A stretch of 61,226 nucleotides of DNA from Minisyncoccota bacterium (GCA_035994985.1 DASYKZ010000011.1:1-61226), one strand, 5' to 3'; shown: positions 26,069-35,868, counted from the first letter of the stretch. Notes: a model not told the origin generated them from the letters alone. Numbers and translations: made by a program.

Positions 26069-26281
26069 ATGTTTATATCTTATATATTTAAATTATTAAT
26101 ATTATTATTCATGTTGATAAGTGGATAAATTGATTTTAATCAGATTATTATAGGTATTTTAAATAAAAATAATTTGATTTAGAACTAATAACTTTACCTG
26201 TTTAATAATTAATTTTTAATTCTTTTAAATTTATATACTTTATCCTTTTTAATCCACATAATTGTTATGTGTTATTAACAA
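26069..26281. other. Candidate oriC (AT-rich dnaA-dnaN spacer with DnaA-box-like 9-mers)
   Basis: The 213-bp spacer is very AT-rich. There are 8/9 matches to TTATCCACA at 26120-26128 (minus) and 26250-26258 (plus). Confidence 0.45.
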
Positions 26282-27637
26282 CTATTTAAACATAATCCGT
26301 ATCTGCTCTAATTCTTGTAATAATTGCGGGTCGTTTTTCAAATCCGCCTTAATTTTTAAGCAAGAATGAATGACTGTGGTGTGGTCTTTCCCGCCAAGTT
26401 TCTGTCCGATAAGTGGGTAGGATATATTGAAGTCTTCGCGGAGCAGATACATTACTACTTGTCTTGCCTTCACAATTTCCTTTTTTCTTATTTTTTCGTA
26501 AATAGAAGACTCGTCTATTTTATAATATTCACTTACTATTTTTACAACTTCTTTTATGGCGATATTTTTCTTGGGCTTCATGTTGTTTTTGAGAAGACTT
26601 TTTACTTCCGATAACGGCAGAGGGCGGTTTTTCAGCCTATATTGACAGACTATTATGTTTAGACTGCCTTCCAGTTCGCGTATATTCCCTTCTACCGCGG
26701 AGGCTATATATTCGACTATTTCAGGCTCTAGCTCAATATTCATTTCTTTTAATTTCACCTTTAAAATTGCCAAGCGGGACTCAAATTCCGGAGCAGACAC
26801 GTCTACAATCATTCCCGCTGCAAACCGTGACTTTAAGCGGTCAGCCAATTCAGGAATATAGTTCGGATGCTTGTCTGAAGAAAAAATAATTTGCTTATTA
26901 CTTTCGTAGAAAGTATTGAACGTGTGAAAAAGCTCTTCCTGGATTTTTTCCATTTTACCTATGAATTGAATATCGTCTATAATCAAGAGGTCATACTTGC
27001 GGTATTTCTCTTTAAAAGAATTTGCCTTGTTGCTCTGCAATGAATTGATAAAATCAGTAGCAAATTTTTCCAGAGTCATATAATGAACTTTTTTATTTTC
27101 ATATTTTTGTTTTATTGAGTTGCCGATAGCTTGGATAAGGTGAGTCTTGCCAAGTCCAGTCGGACCATAAACAAAAAAAGGATTGTATTTTGTTCCCGGA
27201 GAGTCTATTATCGCCTGCGCCGCTGCGTAAGCCAGCTCATTGAAAGCTCCCACAATGAAAGAGTTGAAATGATAACGCGGGTTTAAGTTATCCTCCGGAT
27301 TTATATATAAGTCCCGGAGGGGCAACTCTTTATTTACATAAGGAGTCTTGTCAATTGTATCTATTTCTTGCCTAGCAGGCTCAATTTTAGTTATTACGTA
27401 CTCTACGGCCCGCATATTTTCATGGGCATCGGCCAAAGTTTTAGTAATGAGCTTGTGATATTTGTTCATCAACCAGTCGCGGACAAATTCATTCGGCACC
27501 CGTATGTAAATTACACCCAATTCCTCCTTTAGAATAGAGGTATTTTTAAACCATGTACTGAAATTTGCCTTAGACAGATTTACCTCAATTTCAGTGAGGC
27601 AACTCTCCCATAATTGTTTTGTATCCATGTGTTCCAC
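26282..27637 (-). CDS. dnaA: Chromosomal replication initiator DnaA
   Basis: Walker A is GPTGLGKTHL, with IDDIQF and the C-terminal DNA-binding signature GGKDHTTVIHS. Confidence 0.92.
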   Translation of the reverse strand: MEHMDTKQLWESCLTEIEVNLSKANFSTWFKNTSILKEELGVIYIRVPNEFVRDWLMNKYHKLITKTLADAHENMRAVEYVITKIEPARQEIDTIDKTPYVNKELPLRDLYINPEDNLNPRYHFNSFIVGAFNELAYAAAQAIIDSPGTKYNPFFVYGPTGLGKTHLIQAIGNSIKQKYENKKVHYMTLEKFATDFINSLQSNKANSFKEKYRKYDLLIIDDIQFIGKMEKIQEELFHTFNTFYESNKQIIFSSDKHPNYIPELADRLKSRFAAGMIVDVSAPEFESRLAILKVKLKEMNIELEPEIVEYIASAVEGNIRELEGSLNIIVCQYRLKNRPLPLSEVKSLLKNNMKPKKNIAIKEVVKIVSEYYKIDESSIYEKIRKKEIVKARQVVMYLLREDFNISYPLIGQKLGGKDHTTVIHSCLKIKADLKNDPQLLQELEQIRIMFK

Positions 27638-27753
27638 ATTATACTCCCTCGTATGAAAAATGAAACCTTGAAAAAAATGATAACTATGTTGATAATCTGT
27701 GCATAAACACGAGAGTTGCCTAACAACTAAGATTTTGGTATAGTGTTAAAACA

Positions 27754-27888
27754 ATGTCACAAACATACCAGCCAAAGAAAAGAAAAAGAGCCAGATCTCA
27801 TGGATTCTTGGTCAGATCTCGAACTAAAACGGGGACAGCGGTCCTCAAAAGGAGGCGTCAAAAAGGCAGAAAAAAGCTCTCTGTGTAG
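27754..27888 (+). CDS. rpmH: 50S ribosomal protein L34
   Basis: A 44-aa translation, [44 protein letters not shown]. It was not in the supplied ORF track. Confidence 0.9.
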   Translation: MSQTYQPKKRKRARSHGFLVRSRTKTGTAVLKRRRQKGRKKLSV

Positions 27889-27899
27889 CACTTTTTAAT

Positions 27900-28235
27900 A
27901 TGCTCCCTAAAAAAAACAGGGTAGACAAAAAAGGAATAGACTTACTTTTTAAACAAAGCAAGCTCATCACATCTCCGAGCCTTACTTTTAAATTTATTCT
28001 GACTGAAAAGAATTCAGTAAAAAAATCTCCGCAGATATCTTTCATTGTGCCTAAAAATGTAGCCAAGCTTGCCGTCAAAAGAAACACTCTCCGCCGCCGC
28101 GGCTATACGGCCCTAGGGCCGTATATAAGCCAATTCCCGCCCAATATCTTAGGCGCTTTTGTTTTTAAAAAGTATCAGGATGATATTTCAATACTTGAAG
28201 ATGAAATCAAAAAAATACTCAGTAAAATTAATTAA
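27900..28235 (+). CDS. rnpA: RNase P protein component
   Basis: It sits after rpmH, is basic and 111 aa, and shows the LPKKNR...AVKRNTLRR pattern. Confidence 0.8.
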   Translation: MLPKKNRVDKKGIDLLFKQSKLITSPSLTFKFILTEKNSVKKSPQISFIVPKNVAKLAVKRNTLRRRGYTALGPYISQFPPNILGAFVFKKYQDDISILEDEIKKILSKIN

Positions 28236-28413
28236 TTTTTACCAAAAACACCTGTCTATATTTAAAAAAAGCAATTGTGTTTTTTACCCTACTTGTTCCA
28301 CATATACTATAGAAGCTATAGAGAAATATGGAACATTCAAAGGAATACATTTTGGGTTTTTACGTATTTTACGATGCCACCCGTGGCAAAAAAATCACAT
28401 AGACCCCATATAG
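28201..28413 (+). CDS. yidD: Membrane protein insertion efficiency factor YidD
   Basis: Contains YQKHLS......C.FYPTCSTYTIEAIEKYG and LRILRCHPW. The start was chosen at the third in-frame ATG. Confidence 0.85.
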   Translation: MKSKKYSVKLINFYQKHLSIFKKSNCVFYPTCSTYTIEAIEKYGTFKGIHFGFLRILRCHPWQKNHIDPI

Positions 28414-28445
28414 ACCCACTGAAATAATCGTGCTAGAATGGCTGA

Positions 28446-29201
28446 ATGATTGGTAATATTTGGAACACTGTTTTATATCATCCTTTAATAAACGCGCTGG
28501 CCTTTTTAGTTTCCATACTCCCCGGCGGAGATGTAGGGTTAGCGGTCATTCTCCTTACTATTCTAGTTAAAGTCATACTCTTCCCTCTTTCCCAAAAGTC
28601 CATCGAAAGCCAGGCTCAAATGAGCATACTTACTCCGGAACTCAATAAAATAAAAGAGTCCGGAGTAAGCAAAGAAGAGCAGGCTAGGCTTACCTTTGAA
28701 CTTTATAAAAAACACAAAACTAACCCTTTTTCCGGTTGTCTTTTGGTTTTGATTCAGATTCCTATAATATTCGCTTTATATTATGTTTTTTATAAAGGAA
28801 TAAATTTTGACCCCAGCTTTCTATATTCCTTCATCCACGTACCAGCCCATACAAATATGGTTTTCTTGGGGATTTTAGACATAAGCCAGAAAAGCATAAT
28901 CTTGGCGATTTTAGCCGGAGTATCCCAATATGCACAGGCATACTTTATGCCAAAACCCACTGTGACGACAGGAAGCTCAAACACCAATTCTTTTGCTGAA
29001 AGCTTTAGCAAAAGCATGAATATGCAGATGAAATATGTTTTTCCCTTCATAGTAGCTTTTATAGCTTACCGTATTTCCGGCGCCGTAGCCTTGTACTGGA
29101 TTACGAGCAACCTCTTTGCAGTATGCCAGCAGCTATACGCCAAACGCCACGACCCTCTGGTCCGCGAGGCGGTGCTGGTAGAGCAAAAAAAATTACAATA
29201 A
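28446..29201 (+). CDS. yidC: Membrane protein insertase YidC (short form)
   Basis: It is polytopic, with LPLSQKS..SQA.M..L.PE and ...NPFSGCLLVLIQIPI. It has the conserved genomic position. Confidence 0.85.
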   Translation: MIGNIWNTVLYHPLINALAFLVSILPGGDVGLAVILLTILVKVILFPLSQKSIESQAQMSILTPELNKIKESGVSKEEQARLTFELYKKHKTNPFSGCLLVLIQIPIIFALYYVFYKGINFDPSFLYSFIHVPAHTNMVFLGILDISQKSIILAILAGVSQYAQAYFMPKPTVTTGSSNTNSFAESFSKSMNMQMKYVFPFIVAFIAYRISGAVALYWITSNLFAVCQQLYAKRHDPLVREAVLVEQKKLQ

Positions 29202-29208
29202 TAAAAAG

Positions 29209-29697
29209 ATGGATAAGGAGCAGATTCAAAATTTAATACAGGAATTAATTGGAAAAATTACCCTCGGAACAAATAAAATTACTGTAAGCGGTGATGAAGC
29301 AAGCAACACATGGTATTCAGTAGAAGTTGGTGCCCCGCATTCTTTTTCTTTTCTAAAGAATGAAGGTGAGGCTATTGCTGCCTTAAACCACTTGGTCCGC
29401 AGGATAATAGAGGCAAAAACTCCTACTCCGCCCGAATTCCAAAGAGGACAAAGAGGAGTATCTATACTGATAGATATAAATGATTTTCAAAAAAAGAAAG
29501 TAGAAAGCGTCCGGGCCATAGCCCACATGATGGGAGAGCGTGCCAGGTATTTTAAATCAAACATAGAAGTAGACCCGATGTCCGCTTTTGAGCGCAGAGT
29601 CGTGCATGAGTTTTTATCCGACGCGGCCGACCTGGAAACCGAATCCACTGGGTATGGGCCGACAAGGCGAGTGGTAATTAAATATACCGGCAATTAG
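29209..29697 (+). CDS. Jag-like KH/R3H RNA-binding protein
   Basis: It sits after yidC. An R3H-like region (FERRVVHEFLSD) is present. Confidence 0.7.
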   Translation: MDKEQIQNLIQELIGKITLGTNKITVSGDEASNTWYSVEVGAPHSFSFLKNEGEAIAALNHLVRRIIEAKTPTPPEFQRGQRGVSILIDINDFQKKKVESVRAIAHMMGERARYFKSNIEVDPMSAFERRVVHEFLSDAADLETESTGYGPTRRVVIKYTGN

Positions 29698-29708
29698 ATT
29701 TTTAACGC

Positions 29709-31109
29709 CTACTTCAGATTAAGCTCCCAAAGATAGGAATCTTTTTTATTCACAAAAAATAGGTAGTTTTCATTTGTGTCAAGCTCAAGTTTTATGCCGT
29801 CTATATCTTCTCCACTAGGGATCAAAAATGGGTCTGCAATCATTGAGGTATTTCCGTCAGCCAAGCTTATTCTCCAGATTTGGTCAGAAAAAGAAATTTC
29901 CCCGCGGTACCAATCATCCGGATAGGCTGCCCCTTCAAGCGATACGGGGACTGCGCAATAAATAAACTCAGCTGTTTTATTCCATGTACATTTTTCGGGC
30001 AGAGTTTTTACTCCGAGCGCGTCATAGGCCTTTGTGTCCGTATGGTATACATATAATTCCAAATTATTATTGGCCACCAGGACGAGTTTTCCATTTGGGC
30101 TCATGAGCGCGGTTAATCCGTTTACATTGCCTAAGACTTGGATTAGATTTTTTTTATCTATGTCAACCGTATACATATATCCAGGAACTCCAGCTGAAGG
30201 CTTGGTCGTCAGTGTTATGGTTCTATTATTTCCCCAGAAAGAATTCCATTCTGTAAAAGCTGAATTAAATACGGAAGTTTTTTTACCATCCGCTAAATTT
30301 AAAACTGTGCCAGTTGCAGACCCGCCGGTGCTTAATAAATAAAATATTTTTGACTTATCCGGCGAAAGGCTGATATCTTTTATATCGTCTGTCAAAAAAT
30401 AGCCTTTGACTTCATTGGTTGGCATGTCTTCTCCTAATTTTTCTTTTGGCAGAGCGCCGACAAAAGTTTCTATAGTAGTTTCGTTTGGTTTTAAATGCCT
30501 CATGACCACGGATTGGCCGTTGTTGCCGAAATAAGCATCGTATATTTTAGGTATTACAATTCCTGAAAATTTTCGCTCAATTATTTTATCCGCAAACGTT
30601 TGGTATATGTTTCCTGTGGCCCGCTCTACATACCTAAGCGCCGCGGCAAATTCGGTCGGAGGGGCTATGGGCTTCGTAGTTACCTTTTTGGTTGTCGTAG
30701 TTGTCTTGGTCGTTGTTGTTGCCGGCGGGACGCTGGTAACTGTCTCTTGCTCCGTCGTGGTGACATTTACAGTAGTGCTGGGCGGCGCGATCGGTACAGG
30801 AATATCTTTCAGTCTTTCCTTGGAAAATATTGTAAATCCGGCGATAGGCATGCTGGAAATCTTTTTTAATTTTACTGCGGCCAGTTCTTCTTGTGTAATA
30901 GTTCCGTCTCCATTTGTATCTATCCCCGACGGTTCATCTCCCGGTGTCGGAGTATTGCTTGCAAAAGGATTGAACTGGGAAAGGAAATTTGTGCCGCTAG
31001 TTACGACATCGACAGGAGTCGTTCCGGAGCGGAGATATAAAAATCCAAAAAGCCCTGCTATTACCAGACCCAAGATGATTATTAATAGTATAAAGTTTCT
31101 TTTTGACAT
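29709..31109 (-). CDS. Membrane-anchored extracytoplasmic protein with beta-propeller (TolB/PD40-like) repeats
   Basis: It has an N-terminal TM, an EF-hand-like DTNGDGTITQEE, a Thr-rich linker, and repeated SPDKSKIFY / SPNGKLVL type blades. Confidence 0.5.
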   Translation of the reverse strand: MSKRNFILLIIILGLVIAGLFGFLYLRSGTTPVDVVTSGTNFLSQFNPFASNTPTPGDEPSGIDTNGDGTITQEELAAVKLKKISSMPIAGFTIFSKERLKDIPVPIAPPSTTVNVTTTEQETVTSVPPATTTTKTTTTTKKVTTKPIAPPTEFAAALRYVERATGNIYQTFADKIIERKFSGIVIPKIYDAYFGNNGQSVVMRHLKPNETTIETFVGALPKEKLGEDMPTNEVKGYFLTDDIKDISLSPDKSKIFYLLSTGGSATGTVLNLADGKKTSVFNSAFTEWNSFWGNNRTITLTTKPSAGVPGYMYTVDIDKKNLIQVLGNVNGLTALMSPNGKLVLVANNNLELYVYHTDTKAYDALGVKTLPEKCTWNKTAEFIYCAVPVSLEGAAYPDDWYRGEISFSDQIWRISLADGNTSMIADPFLIPSGEDIDGIKLELDTNENYLFFVNKKDSYLWELNLK

Positions 31110-31151
31110 ACAGTTATTTTAACATACTTGTTCTACGTTTTTTCTTCGCTG

Positions 31152-32288
31152 TTAACGAATATTACAATATTCGTATATATTTGGTATTGTCCCTATGACT
31201 GTACCAGCCATATTCACTTGCGGCACATTTTTTGGTGCTGGTAACTGCGGAGAGTATTGACGAATGCATGCTGCGTTTCGGCATGGTTTTTGAGTCACTA
31301 GCCAGTCTCTATAATCTGGTTGCTTTAGTACTAACTGCGCAGCAACTGATGAGCTGCAGGCAAAATTATTCGAAGCCTTAATGCATAAGTTTGACCTTTG
31401 ACGGCATCCAAGTGGTCCAGATGATACTCCAGCAGCCGCATAACAAACTGGATTCTCAAACAGTTGGCTGTGTGATTGTATTAATACCTGGAAAGGTCCG
31501 TTTGCGGATGACCCGCTATTCCAATTAAAGTTTTTTACAGGTTTACATCCACTACTCTCCATGCTCGCAATACAACTCATAGTAGTTGCTTGTATTTCAG
31601 TGACCGGGTGTCCGGATTGCTCGGCCGCTTTTACAATTTCCCTATAATCGCAGGTAGTACCAATACTGCTTTGAATAATAGGCCCTCCTGGAGTAATAAT
31701 TTTTGTTTTCAAATCTGCTATCGTAAACTCCCCCTGACTCGTCAGCGTCCCGCTCCCCACATCCACATCAGTATTCAGCAAATCAGGATTGATAGTAAAC
31801 AGGATAGTATATGCTCCAAGGGCCAGAATGAGCCCGAAGATAGCCCCCTGTATCCGCTCCTTGGCCGCAGACTTGCTGGAGATAAGCTCACTGGTGGCAT
31901 ACTCTATGCCCCCTATCACAATCATGACCACTGCCGCTACGGCGCAGAGGCCTATGAACAAGCGTATGGCAAAGTTCAGGTATTCACCGAGCTTGCCTGC
32001 GCCGCCGGGGTTGAAAGCTACAAGCTTGCCATCTTCGCAACCTTGTTCTTTTGTGCCTGTGCAGCCGGGGAGGGGGGCGAGGAGATGATAACTGGTATCG
32101 GCTTTGGTTGATATTGCTGCTCCTGACTCGTTAATTATGTTTCCTTCCGGGTCTTTGCAGGGCGCATTATTCGGTGTGTTTTTATCAGGATCATATGTAC
32201 AATTTACCTGTGCTTGGACTCTTACTGCTATGCCAAATATTCCACTTAGTATGATTAATATTAGGATGTATGGTAAAAATTTTTTCAT
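31152..32288 (-). CDS. VirB2/TrbC-type T4SS pilin domain fused to a Cys-rich lytic-transglycosylase-like domain
   Basis: The signal peptide is MKKFLPYILILII...VQAQ. A two-helix pilin core follows: LNFAIRLFIGLCAVAAVVMIVIGGIEYATS...AKERIQGAIFGLILALGAYTILF. The C-terminal part has MESSG...SSANGPFQVLIQ, resembling the SLT E-S...GLMQ motifs. Confidence 0.55.
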   Translation of the reverse strand: MKKFLPYILILIILSGIFGIAVRVQAQVNCTYDPDKNTPNNAPCKDPEGNIINESGAAISTKADTSYHLLAPLPGCTGTKEQGCEDGKLVAFNPGGAGKLGEYLNFAIRLFIGLCAVAAVVMIVIGGIEYATSELISSKSAAKERIQGAIFGLILALGAYTILFTINPDLLNTDVDVGSGTLTSQGEFTIADLKTKIITPGGPIIQSSIGTTCDYREIVKAAEQSGHPVTEIQATTMSCIASMESSGCKPVKNFNWNSGSSANGPFQVLIQSHSQLFENPVCYAAAGVSSGPLGCRQRSNLCIKASNNFACSSSVAAQLVLKQPDYRDWLVTQKPCRNAACIRQYSPQLPAPKNVPQVNMAGTVIGTIPNIYEYCNIR

Positions 32289-32291
32289 TTT

Positions 32292-33290
32292 TTAAAACTC
32301 CACATTTATTTGCTTGCTGGCAGTTCCGAGAAGCTGTTCGTTGTTTTCAAGCTCTAAGCTTAAAGTGGAAACTCCCGAAACTCCGCTTTCCACTTTAACA
32401 GGCAGCCAGTTTTTCCTGTAATCAAGTATGTTATTTGTCAAATTGCCGTTGATAAACCAATTCCATACCAAGCTTGGGCTCCGGAGTTCTTTTGGTGATA
32501 TAAAATAAGGCTCCGCTACTATAATCTCATCTCCCAGTATCTTGTGTCCGCCCTTGAGCGCCTGCTCCCATATTGTTCCCAGAATGGCGTCGTTTTTGTA
32601 AAATGATATTTGCGGCTGGGACACCCTTATGTCCAAACTTGCCTCGAGCGAACGCTGCCCGTCCGTGGTCGAAGCCGTTACTGACACCGTATCTCCATTT
32701 TCCAAATAATCATTTGTAAAAGTAAAAAAATTCTTGCCATAGCCGGATCCTTCGGCATCGTTCGTGTAATTTTTTTTCCAGGCATAGACTATATTTTTAG
32801 GGCTTACTATGCCGGATGCGTTTTTTATTTCAGGCATAGCCACCACCTTTATTTCACTGTCAGCCGTCGGCAGCGCTTTCCCGCGGTAAAATGGCGGAAC
32901 ATGAGAATCAGTAGCTTCATAGAGCAGCACCATAACAGCAGGGCTTATCACCACCTTCTTTTCTAATTCTCCATCCGGGAAGGCTAACACAACCCGTACA
33001 GTAGTAGTGGAACCCACAGCCGGAGCGGCTACGGTAAAAGATTTTCCCCCGATTTCAGATGAAACTTTCTTGCCGTTTACAAACCAAGATATGGAAATAC
33101 TGTCTAAGCTCGTTGCATAGCTGCTCAATGTTATGGTTGTGTTTTCTCCCGCGCTTGGACTCTGGGGGGACAAATCTACAGATATGGCGCTTGGTGAAAT
33201 CGCAGCGTTTCCCTGAAATGGGAAAACAAATACCAGTATAGCGATTATCGCAACTCTTATGCCTGAATATAATGATATTTTTGGTTTCAT
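32292..33290 (-). CDS. Secreted protein of unknown function
   Basis: It has a signal peptide (…FPFQGNAA), a beta-rich sequence, and a 3-nt gap to the next gene. Confidence 0.5.
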   Translation of the reverse strand: MKPKISLYSGIRVAIIAILVFVFPFQGNAAISPSAISVDLSPQSPSAGENTTITLSSYATSLDSISISWFVNGKKVSSEIGGKSFTVAAPAVGSTTTVRVVLAFPDGELEKKVVISPAVMVLLYEATDSHVPPFYRGKALPTADSEIKVVAMPEIKNASGIVSPKNIVYAWKKNYTNDAEGSGYGKNFFTFTNDYLENGDTVSVTASTTDGQRSLEASLDIRVSQPQISFYKNDAILGTIWEQALKGGHKILGDEIIVAEPYFISPKELRSPSLVWNWFINGNLTNNILDYRKNWLPVKVESGVSGVSTLSLELENNEQLLGTASKQINVEF

Positions 33291-33343
33291 AATTATATTT
33301 ATATTATAACACCTTCCAGAGCCTAAAAACCAGAATCTAATTT

Positions 33344-35230
33344 TTACAATTTCCCCTCTTTGGCCGCTGTCTCATAATCCTCTTTGGCTTTCCGGTTTGA
33401 TAATATCTGCGACGGGTCGGAAGTTATAATCTGGTCTTCCGTATAAGAAGCGACCACTTTTATGGCTACGTGCTTTAATCCCGCGAAGAATATGCCCTCG
33501 CCGACACCGGATTCTAAAAGCAGGTATTTTTCTTCATCTGTAAGGTTAAAAGTTTTTTGCAGCACATCTATAGTGGTTGGCGACTGCTTTAAAAGAATTT
33601 GAATTGAAGAGTTGGTGACTATCGGCACTCCATATGGAGATTTCATAAAGTCTGCCGCGTCTTGGGTAATAGTGGCCAAGCCCAAGTAATATTTTCTTCC
33701 GCGCTTTGCTATAGAGTACAAAAAAGACGCCGTATCTTCAGATTTCATCATCCACCATGCCTCGTCTACCACCAAGAGGCGCTTCTTCAAATTTTTGCGT
33801 ATAGCATTCCAGATGAAGTGCATGATTATATACATTGCTACGGGTTTTAATTCGTCTTCCATATCGCGGATAGAAAAAACAACGAATTTTTTATTGATAT
33901 CCACATTGCTCGGCCTGTTTAGAAATGTTGACCACGACCCGCGGGTGTATTTTGCCAGCCGTGAAATTACAGAGTCAGATCCTTCCATGCCGGAGAGAAC
34001 CATTTCAAAATCTGAAAGCAGCGGCGGCTCAATATTTGAAAAATCTGACTGGGGGGTAATATCTTTCATGGCATACGTTTCGGAAATAGCGCGGTCCACC
34101 AGCGAGTCTTCTTCGGGGGTAAGTCCGCCGAGCATCAGGCGGAAGAGTCCCACCAGGTTGATTATATTTGAGCGCAATACATCTTCTGCAGTTTCATCCT
34201 CGCGGGGTATTGGCAGGTCAAACGGGTTCATATGGTGGTCGCTCGAGAGGGAAATATTAAAATATCTTCCGCCTACGGCCTCAGACAGGAATTCATATTC
34301 CCGCTCCGGGTCTATGACCATGACGTCAATATCAAACATCAGAGACCGCAAGATTTCGAGCTTAGTCGCGTAAGATTTCCCGGAACCTGACTTGGCAAAA
34401 GTCACGGAATTGTAATTTTCCAGTGAAAACCTGTCAAAGATGACCAGGCTTGAATTATGCCTGTTTATTCCGTATAAAATTCCCGTATCGGAAGTCAGGT
34501 CAAAGGAAACAAAGGGAAAGATGCTGGATAGCGGTTCAGAATTCAGTTTTTGATGTATATTAAGCAAGTCCGTGTTTATAGGGATGATGCTTTTAAAGCC
34601 TTCTTCCTGCTGGAACAGGGCCGGTTTTATATAAATAAGCCTCGATTCCAGAATTGATTTTATTTCATTTTCAACTTTAAAAAGCTCCATTTCATTGTCG
34701 GCATAAATTGTGATATAGATGCCCATATCAAACATTTTTTCCTGCGCTTGTATCAGGTTGTCGCGCAGGCCCTCCAGGTCTTCATAGGCGGTGTCGAGCA
34801 TCGGGTCCCGAACCATGCCTTTTTTCTCGCGTACGCTTATCTGGCTTTGCACCTCGGCTACTTTTTTCTGGAATTGGCGGAGCGCGAGCGACGTATCTAT
34901 CGGATGGATAAAAATTGAAATATCAAAAACTTTATCAAGGTTGATTATTGGAGAAAACCAATTGTCCGTCAAAAATCTCGGGTACGATATGATGAAAAAT
35001 GTGCGAGCTATTTTCTCTCCTAGATTTATGGATTTTGATTCTATCTTGAGCGCTGAAGGCGCTATGATATCCTGCAGTTCTATGCTGGCTGATTCATAAA
35101 TCTCCTCGGGCAATACCGGCATGACGGAAGCCCGCATTTCACCTCCTTTTGCGCTTGCGCGGCCCAAGCCGGCTGCCCTATTTTTTCCGCCAAATAATTT
35201 TTTAAAAAAGTCCATAATATTATTGCTCAA
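33344..35230 (-). CDS. VirB4/TrbE-family T4SS ATPase
   Basis: Walker A is FAKSGSGKSYATK and Walker B is LLVVDEAWWM, with ATITQD and an N-terminal VirB4-type domain. Confidence 0.85.
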   Translation of the reverse strand: MSNNIMDFFKKLFGGKNRAAGLGRASAKGGEMRASVMPVLPEEIYESASIELQDIIAPSALKIESKSINLGEKIARTFFIISYPRFLTDNWFSPIINLDKVFDISIFIHPIDTSLALRQFQKKVAEVQSQISVREKKGMVRDPMLDTAYEDLEGLRDNLIQAQEKMFDMGIYITIYADNEMELFKVENEIKSILESRLIYIKPALFQQEEGFKSIIPINTDLLNIHQKLNSEPLSSIFPFVSFDLTSDTGILYGINRHNSSLVIFDRFSLENYNSVTFAKSGSGKSYATKLEILRSLMFDIDVMVIDPEREYEFLSEAVGGRYFNISLSSDHHMNPFDLPIPREDETAEDVLRSNIINLVGLFRLMLGGLTPEEDSLVDRAISETYAMKDITPQSDFSNIEPPLLSDFEMVLSGMEGSDSVISRLAKYTRGSWSTFLNRPSNVDINKKFVVFSIRDMEDELKPVAMYIIMHFIWNAIRKNLKKRLLVVDEAWWMMKSEDTASFLYSIAKRGRKYYLGLATITQDAADFMKSPYGVPIVTNSSIQILLKQSPTTIDVLQKTFNLTDEEKYLLLESGVGEGIFFAGLKHVAIKVVASYTEDQIITSDPSQILSNRKAKEDYETAAKEGKL

Positions 35231-35861
35231 GCTTTATCTTGCCTTCCACTTCTCCTGGATTGAAAACTTTATAAAATACTTCCACCACTTCTTCGGTGCC
35301 GAGTCTGGCGGATTTTATGCCGCAGCGTGAAAGCCCCTGCTGTATCACTCCCACTCTCTGTTCAAGCTGGGACTTTTTTTCTTCAAAGTCTTCCTGTTTT
35401 ATAGCGGTCCTTTCTTCCCGGCTTTGCCGTTTAAAGAACCTGCCAAAAGTTCCGGAATCCGATTTCAGCGCAGTATTGCTGTAAGGCACGACAATAAAAA
35501 AAGTTTTTGTCATTATATTTACTGATTCTGTGAAGCTCCGGATGAATTCTATGTACTCCCTTGTTTGTATTTTTAAGAGCGGCTCATTCTGTACCTTGAT
35601 TCTATTTTCCAAAAGGAGAAGATAGGGGCGGATATCGAGCCTTCTCGACTGCACTGATATTTGGATGGGAAAATCCAATGTATTTAGAAAATTTTGAAAT
35701 TGGAGTATGGTTGCCCTTTGCTCGTCGTCTGATTTTAAAGAAAGGTTTACCGAATTGGCGAGGACAATAGCCCGCAGCCCGCCATCTTTGAGCATGATGG
35801 TCCCGTCCCGTACTTCTTTGATGGGCACAAATTCTTGAGTTGCTTTTGCGTTTAATGCCAT
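35220..35861 (-). CDS. Stand-alone protein resembling the VirB4 N-terminal domain
   Basis: The FVPIKEVRDGTIMLKDGGLRAIVLANSVNLSLKSDDEQ pattern is typical of VirB4/TraC N-termini. It overlaps the VirB4 start by 11 nt. Confidence 0.45.
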   Translation of the reverse strand: MALNAKATQEFVPIKEVRDGTIMLKDGGLRAIVLANSVNLSLKSDDEQRATILQFQNFLNTLDFPIQISVQSRRLDIRPYLLLLENRIKVQNEPLLKIQTREYIEFIRSFTESVNIMTKTFFIVVPYSNTALKSDSGTFGRFFKRQSREERTAIKQEDFEEKKSQLEQRVGVIQQGLSRCGIKSARLGTEEVVEVFYKVFNPGEVEGKIKLEQ

Positions 35862-35868
35862 AATATAT

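Noticed and set aside
30607-31122. A 171-aa plus-strand ORF with Val-rich runs.
   Set aside because: It is antisense to the Thr-rich linker of the 466-aa anchored protein and is a low-complexity mirror artefact.
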